64,000 nucleotides of DNA. Source: a virus (lineage: Duplodnaviria; Caudoviricetes). This document shows, one piece after another, positions 16,862 to 26,262 of this stretch (positions are counted from its first letter, which is position 1; every line of letters begins with the position of its first letter). The DNA lies in IMG/VR virus record IMGVR_UViG_3300031938_000001, positions 8,828 to 72,827 of that record; one strand, given 5' to 3'. A model generated the notes under the pieces. That model did not search any database. It was not told the origin of the DNA and saw only the letters and a program-made list of their open reading frames with translations. The position numbers and the translations under genes were made by a program.

Positions 16862-17430
16862 TGCTCGGGCTCCACATGGACATCCTTGTCGATGATCACG
16901 AGGTGCAGCGCGCCATCGCGGCGCTCGAGGAGACGCTGCAGGGCCAGCACCTCTTGATGTTCCACCAGTCGGCCACCGAGCCGCTGCTCCGCCGCCGAGC
17001 TCGTGAGCGTTTCTCATCTGAGGGTGATGCTGCGGTCGGCGGGCACTGGGAGCCCCTCAAGGAGTCCACCGAGGACATCCGGCGTCACGCCGGGTTCCCC
17101 TCCAGTCACCCGATCAACAAGCGCACCGGAGACCTCGAGGGACTCATCACTCGAGGCCGCAACGAGTTCACGGCCGGTGGCGACTGGGCTGCGTTCTTCC
17201 TCCCCGGCCGGCAAGGCAGCAAGAAGCAGAAGGCTGCGCTCGCGACCGCCCAGAAGGGCGCCCCGGTCGGCCACTACATGCCGAAGGGCTGGCGCAAGAA
17301 CAACGGCACCAAGCCCTCGCCCAGCGCTACCCCGCCCCGCCCGGTGATCGGACTCGACGAGGTGGACATGGCCCACACCATGAGCGCGCTCCAGATATGG
17401 ATCGCCTCTGAAGTCGGAAAGGCGATGTAG
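16861..17430 (+). CDS. virion morphogenesis/neck protein
   Basis: RERFSSEG...WEPLKEST...IN.RTG.L...RP.IGL pattern. Confidence 0.65.
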   Translation: MLGLHMDILVDDHEVQRAIAALEETLQGQHLLMFHQSATEPLLRRRARERFSSEGDAAVGGHWEPLKESTEDIRRHAGFPSSHPINKRTGDLEGLITRGRNEFTAGGDWAAFFLPGRQGSKKQKAALATAQKGAPVGHYMPKGWRKNNGTKPSPSATPPRPVIGLDEVDMAHTMSALQIWIASEVGKAM

Positions 17431-17930
17431 TGGCAACACCCTTTCCGAACAACGTCACCGAGGTGTTGCAGACCCGCCTTGGGTTTATCGACATCCTGAC
17501 GAAGATCAATGCCACCGACGACAACCCCGATGGGGTGCCCGCCGTTTTCACGCGCCCGCTGCGGCCCAGTGACCCGGCGGTGTGCGTCGGCGTGTTCTCC
17601 CTCGACTGGGCGCCGGATGAACTAGAGATCGGCGCCAGTGAGCCGTCGCTCTCGACTTACATCTACGCGATCCAGTCGTTCGTGAAGCACACCGACGAGC
17701 AGGAGGGCAATCTCCTGCATGGCCTTCTCGCCAAGACCGTTCGCGCAATGCTGTACCGAGATGCTGACACCCGTGTAGCCTTGGGATCACTCAGTGAGAC
17801 ATCGCTGGGTATCACGGAGCGAGCACAGAGGTGGGGCGTGCGCCAGCAGCGTTTCGCCAACAACGAGGTGGACGGGCAGTTCCTGTTCCTCAGCACTACC
17901 GACTTCTGGCTTCAGACCGAGAGCGTTTAG
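17430..17930 (+). CDS. putative tail terminator
   Basis: Synteny before the tail tube; 166 aa. Confidence 0.55.
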   Translation: MATPFPNNVTEVLQTRLGFIDILTKINATDDNPDGVPAVFTRPLRPSDPAVCVGVFSLDWAPDELEIGASEPSLSTYIYAIQSFVKHTDEQEGNLLHGLLAKTVRAMLYRDADTRVALGSLSETSLGITERAQRWGVRQQRFANNEVDGQFLFLSTTDFWLQTESV

Positions 17931-17947
17931 AAAGGACACACGCCGAC

Positions 17948-18247
17948 ATGGCTGTCACCAACGAGGATGTCGAGGCCGCCAAGGAGCGTGTCGCTCGACT
18001 CCGTGAGCAGGTTGCACAGGAGAACGCGAAGCGCGTCGAGCGCGAGAACGGCCTCCAGAACGAGATCGACCTCAAGCGCCTCGAGCGCGAGGAGGCCGAC
18101 CTCGAAGCGCAACTCGCTGTCGCCAAGGACCGCAACAAGGCCGCCACCGTCAAGGAGGCGTCCCCGCTCCCCTCGGTGAGCGAGGCCGCCAAGACGGCAC
18201 AGGCCGACGCCAAGGTCGTCACCGACGCCGCCGCCAGCGGCAAGTAA
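17948..18247 (+). CDS. coiled-coil hypothetical protein
   Basis: RBS aaagga; ATG 17948; heptad-rich. Confidence 0.7.
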   Translation: MAVTNEDVEAAKERVARLREQVAQENAKRVERENGLQNEIDLKRLEREEADLEAQLAVAKDRNKAATVKEASPLPSVSEAAKTAQADAKVVTDAAASGK

Positions 18248-18264
18248 GAAGGGAACCGTAACCC

Positions 18265-19281
18265 ATGGGATTCACGTCTCAGGCGGGCTACCTGCTCGCT
18301 CGCTCGTACGCTGGCGGTGATGTCTTTCCGGTCGATATGGACACGGCAGGCGTCGGCTTCCGCCTCCGGTCCGGCACGCTCGGGCCGTCCCGCGAACTGC
18401 TCATCCCTGACGCCGAGATCGGTGGCAACCGCGACATCGCGGACGCCTACCTCGGCGCCGTCTCGTGGGCGGGCGACCTCGAGTTCTACGCTCGCCTCGG
18501 CCAGATCGCGACGTGGCTGAAGGCCGCGCTCGGCGACGCTGCCGCGCCGGTCACCGCGACCGGGGTCACCACCCACACGATCACCCCGACCGAGGGTGCG
18601 ATGCCGTGGCTCGCCATCGAGGAGATGGTCGGCAACGGCTTCGAGAAGTTCCGCTACACCGACGTGGTGTGCAACACCCTCCACCTCGAGGCCGAGGCCA
18701 ACGGCTACCTGATGGGCACCGTCGGCCTCATCGCTCGCAAGCAGGTGGCGGGCGTCGCCGGAGTCGCGGACCCCACCTCGCTGGTGGACACCTCCCCGAT
18801 GGTGGTCGGCACCAACATCACCGTCACCTACAACGGTGTCACGCTGCCCGCGAAGTCGTTCAACCTCGACGTGAACAACAACTTCGAGGACGACGACTTC
18901 CGGCTCGGGTCGTTCTACCTCGGCGATCTCACCGCGAAGCGGCGCGAGGTCACCGCCGGGTTCACGATCCGCCCGCAGGACAGCGCGCTGTGGCGGCAGG
19001 CCGTCTACGGCACCGCCGCCGCGACCTCTCCGGGTGGCCTCACCACGAAGCAGGCTCTGGTGATCAACTGCCAGACCTACGAGGACATCCCCGGCGGCAC
19101 GCCGCTCACGAAGTACTCGCTGGACATCACGATCCCGATGGCGGCCTTCCAGCCGTTCGAGGTCTCGCCCTCCGGTGACGACATCATCGAGCACGACGTG
19201 ACCCTGCAGGCGCTGCGGCCGGACCCGGCCACCTCGCTGATCACGGCCGTCCTCAAGACGGACGCGGACACCATCGCCTGA
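18265..19281 (+). CDS. major tail (tube) protein
   Basis: 338 aa, precedes the chaperone and tape measure genes, beta-rich. Confidence 0.8.
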   Translation: MGFTSQAGYLLARSYAGGDVFPVDMDTAGVGFRLRSGTLGPSRELLIPDAEIGGNRDIADAYLGAVSWAGDLEFYARLGQIATWLKAALGDAAAPVTATGVTTHTITPTEGAMPWLAIEEMVGNGFEKFRYTDVVCNTLHLEAEANGYLMGTVGLIARKQVAGVAGVADPTSLVDTSPMVVGTNITVTYNGVTLPAKSFNLDVNNNFEDDDFRLGSFYLGDLTAKRREVTAGFTIRPQDSALWRQAVYGTAAATSPGGLTTKQALVINCQTYEDIPGGTPLTKYSLDITIPMAAFQPFEVSPSGDDIIEHDVTLQALRPDPATSLITAVLKTDADTIA

Positions 19282-19301
19282 CGCGCGTCAGCAATGCTGG
19301 T

Positions 19302-19343
19302 CCTCGGGCCTGCGAGTGGGATAACCTGCTCGCAGGCCCGAGG
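19302..19343 (+). terminator. intrinsic terminator after the tail tube gene
   Basis: CCTCGGGCCTGCGAG / CTCGCAGGCCCGAGG 15-bp stem followed by TGTTTCT. Confidence 0.7.
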
Positions 19344-19403
19344 TGTTTCTCAAGGCCGAACCGACAACACCGTTCCCACGAAGACCACAGGAGGGTCACA
19401 GGG

Positions 19404-19943
19404 ATGAGCATTTCCCCAGAGGCTGTTGCCTCAGCAGAGTCCGCAATGCGCGAGGCTGGCGTTCCCACCCACGAGCGGGTGGCCGACGACTACTTCGGGT
19501 TTGAGGAGACGCACCGCGTCGCCCTCCCCGATGGCGTCTCGTTCATCGAGCACAAGACCCTCACCGAGGGTCAGCGGCGGAACTACCTCAACGGCATGAA
19601 CCGCGATGTCGTCATCCAGCGCGCGACGGGCGACGCCCGCATGCGGATGGCCCCCGGCGACGAGCGCTACAGCCTCCTCAAGACCGCCATCTCCGGATGG
19701 AACCTGCAGCGCAAGGGCGGCAAGGGCGACCTCGAGCCGGTGCAGTTCACGCCGGGCAACCTCGAGAAGTTCCTGCAGTCCGCGCCGCCCAAGATCATCG
19801 ACCTCATCGACAAGGAGGTCCGCAAGGTCAACGCATGGTTGATCGAGGACATGTCGGTCGAGGACATCGAGCGCGAGATCCAGACCCTGACCGAGCTCCG
19901 CGACAAGAAGCAGGAGGAGGAGGCGGGAAACGCCTCTTCGTAG
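19404..19943 (+). CDS. tail assembly chaperone (gpG-like)
   Basis: Position; GWNL motif; slippery heptamer near the 3' end. Confidence 0.8.
   Translation: MSISPEAVASAESAMREAGVPTHERVADDYFGFEETHRVALPDGVSFIEHKTLTEGQRRNYLNGMNRDVVIQRATGDARMRMAPGDERYSLLKTAISGWNLQRKGGKGDLEPVQFTPGNLEKFLQSAPPKIIDLIDKEVRKVNAWLIEDMSVEDIEREIQTLTELRDKKQEEEAGNASS
19925..19931 (+). other. -1 programmed frameshift site G GGA AAC
   Basis: In-frame X XXY YYZ heptamer; the -1 frame stays open to 20212. Confidence 0.8.
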
Positions 19944-20212
19944 AGAAGGTCCAACACTGGCTCCGAGGGGAACCAGTCGAGAACCTTCCGGAGAGCGTGA
20001 GGCTTTTCGCATTGTGCGAGGCGATGCGGTGGGCAGCGCTTCCCGTGGCCGGCGGCCTCTACGACCAGCGACCTGAACTCCTCGACGAGTGGCAGATCAT
20101 CTTCACTGAACGACACGCCTACGAGGCGAAGAAGGCAGCGGAGGACAAGAGAAAGAGCAGCCAAGGGGCACAGCGGAGGCCCACGAGCCGAGGGGCTTCC
20201 CGAGCAAGATGA
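19925..20212 (+). CDS. frameshifted C-terminal part of the tail assembly chaperone (gpGT-like)
   Basis: -1 frame KRLFVEKVQHWLRGE...LPVAGGLYDQRPELL; stop overlaps the tape measure ATG. Confidence 0.8.
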   Translation, partial: GKRLFVEKVQHWLRGEPVENLPESVRLFALCEAMRWAALPVAGGLYDQRPELLDEWQIIFTERHAYEAKKAAEDKRKSSQGAQRRPTSRGASRAR

Positions 20213-23200
20213 ACTCTGTGATGCGGATTCAGGTCCGTGTGATCAACGGAGCATCTCCTGAGATCAAGCAGATCCAGGCTGCGCTGACTCAACTCGCTCG
20301 TAGCACGGCCGCCGCGCAGGCGATGATGTCCAAGCAGGCATCCTCCAGCGCGGCGGCCATGTCTACGCTCACCGGCAAGACCGCTGCGGCTGCGGCGGCC
20401 CAGCGCTCGTTCGCTCGGCATCTCTCGCTGAGCAACCTCGAGAAGTACGGCAAGAACCTCCAGTGGACCGGTCGGCAGATTGAGTTCAACTTCACGCTGC
20501 CGCTGGCGATAGCCGGAGCCGCCGCCTTCAAGTGGGCGATGGACAATCAGCGGGCCTTCACTCAGGTCCGCAAGGTCTATGGCGACACCTCCGCATCTCA
20601 GCAGTTCTGGATGCGGCAGGGAATGACTGCCAATCAGGCACAGGCGCAGACGACTGCCGTCTTCAATGCCGAACTGCAGGCTCTCGAGCGCACCTTCCAA
20701 GCGCTCTCCAACGCCTATGGCGTGAACCTCGCCGAGGTCAACCAGATCGCTGGCGAATGGGCCGCCGCCGGAGCATCCGGGCGGGCGCTCGCCGAGAGCG
20801 TCAAGTTGACCATGGAAGCCATGATCCTCGGCGACATGGACGCCGCCAAGGCAACCGAGTCGCTGATCGCGATTCAGGCACAGTACGGTGCCGACACCAA
20901 GCAGTTGATCGACATCCTTGGTGCGCTCAACGCCGTGGAGAACCAGACCGGCGCGACCATGAGCGGCCTCATCGACGCCTTCGCCCGGTCCGCTGGCGCC
21001 GCGCGCACGGCCGGGGTGGACTACCGCCACCTCGCGGCCATGATCGCCGCGCTGACGCCCGCGTCCGGCTCGGCGACCAACGCCGGTAACGCGCTCAAGA
21101 CCATCCTGTCGCGCATCCTCGCGCCCACCAAGGATGCCTCCGACCTCATGAACAAGTTGGGGCTCAACACCAAGAGCGCCGCATGGGCCTCGAAGAACGG
21201 CACCGAGCGCCTCACGGATCTCGCGAAGGCGTTCTCGCACCTCACCGCTCAGCAGAAGGCCAACGTCAGCGCCTATGTGGCGAGCCGCTATCAGGTCAAC
21301 CGCTTCGACGTGCTCATGCGCGAACTCATCTCGTCGAACGGCTACTACGCCAAGGCCCTCGACGCGACCTCCTCCAAGGAGAAGATCGCGGCGCAGTATC
21401 AGCGAGAGCTCTCGACGGTCCTTCAGTCGAACCCGAAGCGGTACGACATCCTGAAGAACACCATCAAGAACATGATGACGGATGCCATCATCCCGTTCAT
21501 CCCCGCGATCCTCGCGATCATGCAGAGCATCATCGGCCTCGGCAAGGCGTTCGGGAACCTCGACCCGCGTCTGCAGAAGGTGCTCGTCGGCGCGCTCGTG
21601 GGCGTCGCCGTGTTCGGCACCCTGACCCGAATCCTCGGCGCCTCGATCCTGCTGTTCACCCGCCTCGCGGCCACGCTCGGCTTCGTCGCCCGCATGGCGA
21701 CCGGGCTGGTCACCTTCAAGTGGCTCGGCGCCCTGTTCGCCGACTTCGGCAAGATCACCAACCGGGTGTTCGGAGCCGGTGGCGCCACGAAGGTGCTGGT
21801 CGGGTTCGTCAGGACGGTCGAGTGGGTCGCCCTGATGTCGCTCAAGAACTTCAACTTCATGGTGACCGGCGTTCTCATGGGCCTGCAGGGGCTCACGAAG
21901 GGCATCGTCGCCACCGTCCGCGCGTGGCCGCTGATCATGGCCGGACTGCGGACCATCCCCGCCACCATCGCGGTCGTCTTTGGCACCATCGTCCCGATCA
22001 TCACGGCGGCGCTGGGTCGAGCACTCCTCGTCACGCAGTTCTTCTTCATGTACCAGATCCCCGCCGCCATCGCGCGGGCCGGGGCTGCCGTGTCGGCCGC
22101 CGCCACCCGGTTCGTCATGGTGCCGCTGTCCATCGCCTTCATGCGCGGGTTCTCGTTCATCCTGAAGGACCTCACCTTCATCATGTTCTCGACGATCCCT
22201 GCGGTGATCGTCCGTGGACTGGTGGCGGCGCAGGTCGCGGCGATGAGGGCGATGGCAGTCATGGCGGCTGCGTGGCGCACTGCCGTCGCTGCGCTGGCCG
22301 CCGCGTGGACCATGTTCCCCATCGTTGCCGGGGCGGCCATGGCGGCCACCGTGCGCGTCGTGCGGCTCGGCATGGCGACGATCACCCTGTTCATGTCCGG
22401 CGGTGGCCTCCTGCGCGTCTGGAAGGTCCTGTGGGGCGCGCTGGCGCTCATTGCCTCCGGTGGCATCAAGGCTCTCGCCCGCATGGCGATCCGAGCCGTC
22501 CCGATCCTGTTCGGCCCGTGGGGCATCGCCGCCGCTGCGGCCGTCGCGATCTTCTTCGCATTCCGCGACCAGATCATGAGTGCGCTGCGGAGCGCGATCA
22601 ACGGCATGGGGAGCCTCCCGGCCGCCATCGCCTCGATCTTCCGTGGCGTGATCCGAGTGATCGCCAAGGCCATCGAGATCATCCGAGACCTGCTCTCCTA
22701 CCTCAACCCCTTCCAGCGCCACAGCCCCTCGCTAGTGGACAACGTGAAGGCTGGCGTCGCAGTCATCGCGGCCGAGTACGCGAAGTTGCGCAGCATCGGC
22801 TCAATCTTCTCGGGCTCGGTCAAGGCTCTGAACGACTTCGGCAAGGCGACCGCTCGGGCGCAGGCCGCCATCGACGCGGCCAAGAACGCCGAGCAGCGCG
22901 CCAGTGTCGTCGCTGCGGCTGGGGCTGGCGCGGGCCGGGCCTACGACGCCGTGGTGGCGTCGATGAAGCAGGTCAAGACTGCCATGGCCGCAGTGACCGT
23001 CGAGTACTCCCGCCAGCAGGGAGTCGTGTCCGGCCTCGCCGTGCAGTTGAGTGCGGCCAACGCGGAGCTCGACAAGCAGCAGAACCTTCTCAAGGGCCTG
23101 CAGTCGGTCGCCGATGACTACCAGCAGCAACTGCAGGACGCTCAGGACGCTCTCAGCGCCTACGCCAACGCCCCGCTCAAGGGCGAGAAGGCGATGAACC

Positions 23201-25857
23201 AAGCGATCCTCGACAACACCGTCGCGCAGAAGCGCCTGCAACTGCAGATGATGGGCATCGAGGATGTCACCGGGCCGATTGACGATGTGCGCAACCGCCT
23301 CGCCATGATGCAGGGTGAGATCGAGACGCTCCGTGGCACGCAGGCCGACCTGCGCTCGGCCGGTGGCGGCTCGGAGATCCTCGGCGTCTACGACGACCAG
23401 ATCAAGGCGATCCAGAAGCAGCAGGGTGCCGTCACCGATCAGGTCAAGCAGTATGACGCGCTCTCGAGTCAACTCGACGACCTCGACCGCAAGGCTCAGC
23501 GCCTCGACCTCGAGAAGTACCTGAACTTCGACAGCGTGCACGACCAGATCGAACTCACCATCGACAGCACCAAGGAGTTGACCTCCTCCGAGATCCTCGC
23601 TGGGATCGCGAAGCAGGGCGCCGAGGTCAACCGGCTGCAGGCGGCCTACAACGACGCGGCGGCGGCCGTGGATCGCCAGCAGCGCGCCGTGGATGCCGCG
23701 CAGGCGAAGGCCGACCTGATCCAAGCGGCGTACGACAAGGAGAAGGCGTCGCTCGACGCGCTCGGCGACGCCTACGACGCGCTCTCGTCCCAGTATGACG
23801 AGATGGAGCGCTCGCTCGCCTCGTTCGCACAGACCGCCGACTCTGCGATGCAGAAGATGAAGGCGGCCAAGGGCGCGGCGGCTGGCGGCGGCTCGTCGCC
23901 CGCGCTCGATGCATTCAACGCTGGCGGCGCTGGCGACTTCGCAGACGCCGGGCTGGGCGGCGGGCTGCCGGTCCGCTCCGACTGGTCCTCGCAGGTCGGC
24001 GACATCAACGCGCTGACCGACCAGATCATGAAGGACGCCCAGAAGTCGTTCTCCGACCTCGACCCGTTCAAGGGCCTCAAGGACGGGTGGAACAAGGCGT
24101 GGGCATGGGTCGAGACCAACGTCGGGCCGACGGCCAAGCGCGTGTGGGGCTCGATCAAGACCGCGTTCACCTCCGAGGGCGGCATCTTCGATACGGTCAA
24201 GGCGTCCGCTAAGACCGCGTGGGACGCCATCAAGAAGGGCGCATCGACGGTCGGCGGCTGGCTCAAGTCGTTCTGGAACCTCATCGGCCCGAGCGTCGTG
24301 AAGATCTGGGAGGCCATTCAGGACTTCGGGCGTCGCCTCGTCGAGGACCTCGGCCCGAAGTTGGGCGAACTGTTCGGCACCCTCAAGCCGCTGTTCGACT
24401 CGCTGTGGCCCGCCATCAAGCTGCTCGCCGGGATCATCGGCGGCGCACTCCTTCTCGCCATCAGCGTCATCGCCTCCGTCATTGCCAACGTTCTCGGCCC
24501 CGTCTTCAACATGATCGTGGACGTGATCGGCGGCGTCATCGACATGTTCTCCGGCCTCATCACGTTCCTCACGGGCGTGTTCACCGGGGACTTCGGGATG
24601 ATGTGGGAAGGCATCAAGGGCATCCTGCAGGGTGCTTGGGATGCCATCTGGGGCATCATCAACGGGGCCGGGCAGATCATCTGGGGCCTCGTGAAGGGCA
24701 TTGTCGAGGGCATCTGGAACTTCTTCGTGTGGCTCTACGACGTGCTGGTCGGCCACAGCGTGATCCCCGACCTCATGAACGCCATCGTCGGGTGGTTCAA
24801 CTGGATCATGACTCCGATTCAGGCGGTCCTCGATTGGCTGGGCGCCGCGTGGGGCTGGGTCAAGGACAAGTGGAACGCGGGCTGGGAGGCCGTCAAGGCA
24901 TGGTTCGACGGTGCGTGGACTGGCCTCAAGGGCAAGTTCAACGATGCACTCAACTGGGTCAAGGACATCTTCGGCGGCGCCATCGACAAGGTGAAGGCCG
25001 CGTGGAACACCTCGTGGTCGGCCATCACCGGGGTCGTCTCGACCGGCTGGACCAACACCAAGGCCAAGTTGAGCGACGCATGGACGTGGGTCACCGGCAC
25101 CTTCAAGAACCTGTTCAACAGCCCGAAGGATACCTTCAGCACCGTCTGGGCGTCGATCAAGAACGTCATCAGCGACAACTGGAACAAGTACATCAAGCCC
25201 GTCCTCGACGCCTTCCAGAAGGCTGGCGGCAAGGTCAAGGATGCGTTCTCCGGGGCGACCAAGAGCATCGCGGACGTGTGGGGTGGTATCAAGCGCACGG
25301 TCGGCGACGCCATCGACTGGGTTATGGGCAAGATCGACGGCGCGAAGCGCGCGATCTCCGACATCAAGTCGAGCGCCTCCAGCATCGGCAGCGGCATCTT
25401 CGGTGGCTTCAACTGGAACTTCGGGTTTGCCAAGGGCGGCCAGTTGCCCGAGACGCGAGTCGGCTCCGGCTTCGTCACCAGCAGCGCGCGAGCCATCGTC
25501 GGCGAGGGCAGCAGCCAGTGGTCCGAGTTCGTGATCCCCACCGACCCGCGCTACCGCAAGCGCGCGTGGGACCTGTGGGCCGACCTCACCAGTCAACTCG
25601 GCTTCGGCGGCCTGCTCGCGACGGCCATGGCGCAGGTGCAGGCGGTTCGCCACGGCGGCATCCCGATGTTCGAGAGCGGCGGCGTCCTCAACGCCAATGC
25701 GACGGCGATGCGTGCCCAGCGTCGCGGCGAGTCGGTAGCATACGGAAACGGAGACCGTCGGGAGTTCCACTTCTACGGTGACCTTTCCTTCCCGAACATC
25801 ACCAGCGGTGAGGACGCGGAGGAGTTCATCAAGAACCTCGAGAGTCTGGCAGGGTAA
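20209..25857 (+). CDS. tape measure protein
   Basis: 1882 aa, Ala-rich helical, TP901-like N-terminal core, W-periodic repeats, C-terminal FAKGG...IVGEG..E.VIP. Confidence 0.95.
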   Translation: MNSVMRIQVRVINGASPEIKQIQAALTQLARSTAAAQAMMSKQASSSAAAMSTLTGKTAAAAAAQRSFARHLSLSNLEKYGKNLQWTGRQIEFNFTLPLAIAGAAAFKWAMDNQRAFTQVRKVYGDTSASQQFWMRQGMTANQAQAQTTAVFNAELQALERTFQALSNAYGVNLAEVNQIAGEWAAAGASGRALAESVKLTMEAMILGDMDAAKATESLIAIQAQYGADTKQLIDILGALNAVENQTGATMSGLIDAFARSAGAARTAGVDYRHLAAMIAALTPASGSATNAGNALKTILSRILAPTKDASDLMNKLGLNTKSAAWASKNGTERLTDLAKAFSHLTAQQKANVSAYVASRYQVNRFDVLMRELISSNGYYAKALDATSSKEKIAAQYQRELSTVLQSNPKRYDILKNTIKNMMTDAIIPFIPAILAIMQSIIGLGKAFGNLDPRLQKVLVGALVGVAVFGTLTRILGASILLFTRLAATLGFVARMATGLVTFKWLGALFADFGKITNRVFGAGGATKVLVGFVRTVEWVALMSLKNFNFMVTGVLMGLQGLTKGIVATVRAWPLIMAGLRTIPATIAVVFGTIVPIITAALGRALLVTQFFFMYQIPAAIARAGAAVSAAATRFVMVPLSIAFMRGFSFILKDLTFIMFSTIPAVIVRGLVAAQVAAMRAMAVMAAAWRTAVAALAAAWTMFPIVAGAAMAATVRVVRLGMATITLFMSGGGLLRVWKVLWGALALIASGGIKALARMAIRAVPILFGPWGIAAAAAVAIFFAFRDQIMSALRSAINGMGSLPAAIASIFRGVIRVIAKAIEIIRDLLSYLNPFQRHSPSLVDNVKAGVAVIAAEYAKLRSIGSIFSGSVKALNDFGKATARAQAAIDAAKNAEQRASVVAAAGAGAGRAYDAVVASMKQVKTAMAAVTVEYSRQQGVVSGLAVQLSAANAELDKQQNLLKGLQSVADDYQQQLQDAQDALSAYANAPLKGEKAMNQAILDNTVAQKRLQLQMMGIEDVTGPIDDVRNRLAMMQGEIETLRGTQADLRSAGGGSEILGVYDDQIKAIQKQQGAVTDQVKQYDALSSQLDDLDRKAQRLDLEKYLNFDSVHDQIELTIDSTKELTSSEILAGIAKQGAEVNRLQAAYNDAAAAVDRQQRAVDAAQAKADLIQAAYDKEKASLDALGDAYDALSSQYDEMERSLASFAQTADSAMQKMKAAKGAAAGGGSSPALDAFNAGGAGDFADAGLGGGLPVRSDWSSQVGDINALTDQIMKDAQKSFSDLDPFKGLKDGWNKAWAWVETNVGPTAKRVWGSIKTAFTSEGGIFDTVKASAKTAWDAIKKGASTVGGWLKSFWNLIGPSVVKIWEAIQDFGRRLVEDLGPKLGELFGTLKPLFDSLWPAIKLLAGIIGGALLLAISVIASVIANVLGPVFNMIVDVIGGVIDMFSGLITFLTGVFTGDFGMMWEGIKGILQGAWDAIWGIINGAGQIIWGLVKGIVEGIWNFFVWLYDVLVGHSVIPDLMNAIVGWFNWIMTPIQAVLDWLGAAWGWVKDKWNAGWEAVKAWFDGAWTGLKGKFNDALNWVKDIFGGAIDKVKAAWNTSWSAITGVVSTGWTNTKAKLSDAWTWVTGTFKNLFNSPKDTFSTVWASIKNVISDNWNKYIKPVLDAFQKAGGKVKDAFSGATKSIADVWGGIKRTVGDAIDWVMGKIDGAKRAISDIKSSASSIGSGIFGGFNWNFGFAKGGQLPETRVGSGFVTSSARAIVGEGSSQWSEFVIPTDPRYRKRAWDLWADLTSQLGFGGLLATAMAQVQAVRHGGIPMFESGGVLNANATAMRAQRRGESVAYGNGDRREFHFYGDLSFPNITSGEDAEEFIKNLESLAG

Positions 25858-25860
25858 CAG

Positions 25861-26262
25861 ATGAGTACCAAGATCAACTACGACGGCCTCGCGACGATCG
25901 TCGAGCGCGCGGTCGGCGTGCGCCCCGGCGCCGAGGAACTGGCGCGGCTCGTGAATGAGTACGACTGGAATGCCGACCGCGCCGAGGTGCGCGCCCGGTT
26001 CGACTTCGAGCCGTGGGATCACGGCGACATCAACGGGGTCACCCCCGAGGAGGCCGGGATCGAGATCGCCGGCGAGGCGTACTGGATCCTGGTTGACGGC
26101 GAGAAGCAGGTCTTCCAGCCTCACCCTCCGGACTTCGCAAACGACACCATCATCGAGCCGAACGAGATCGAGGGCTACGCGACGGCTCAGATCGACGCCA
26201 TGGTCGAGCCCATCATCCAGTCGCGCTTCGTGGAGTCTCTGATCGCTAGGTATCGGGCATGA
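25861..26262 (+). CDS. hypothetical tail-region protein
   Basis: 133 aa, acidic, between tape measure and minor tail genes. Confidence 0.7.
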   Translation: MSTKINYDGLATIVERAVGVRPGAEELARLVNEYDWNADRAEVRARFDFEPWDHGDINGVTPEEAGIEIAGEAYWILVDGEKQVFQPHPPDFANDTIIEPNEIEGYATAQIDAMVEPIIQSRFVESLIARYRA

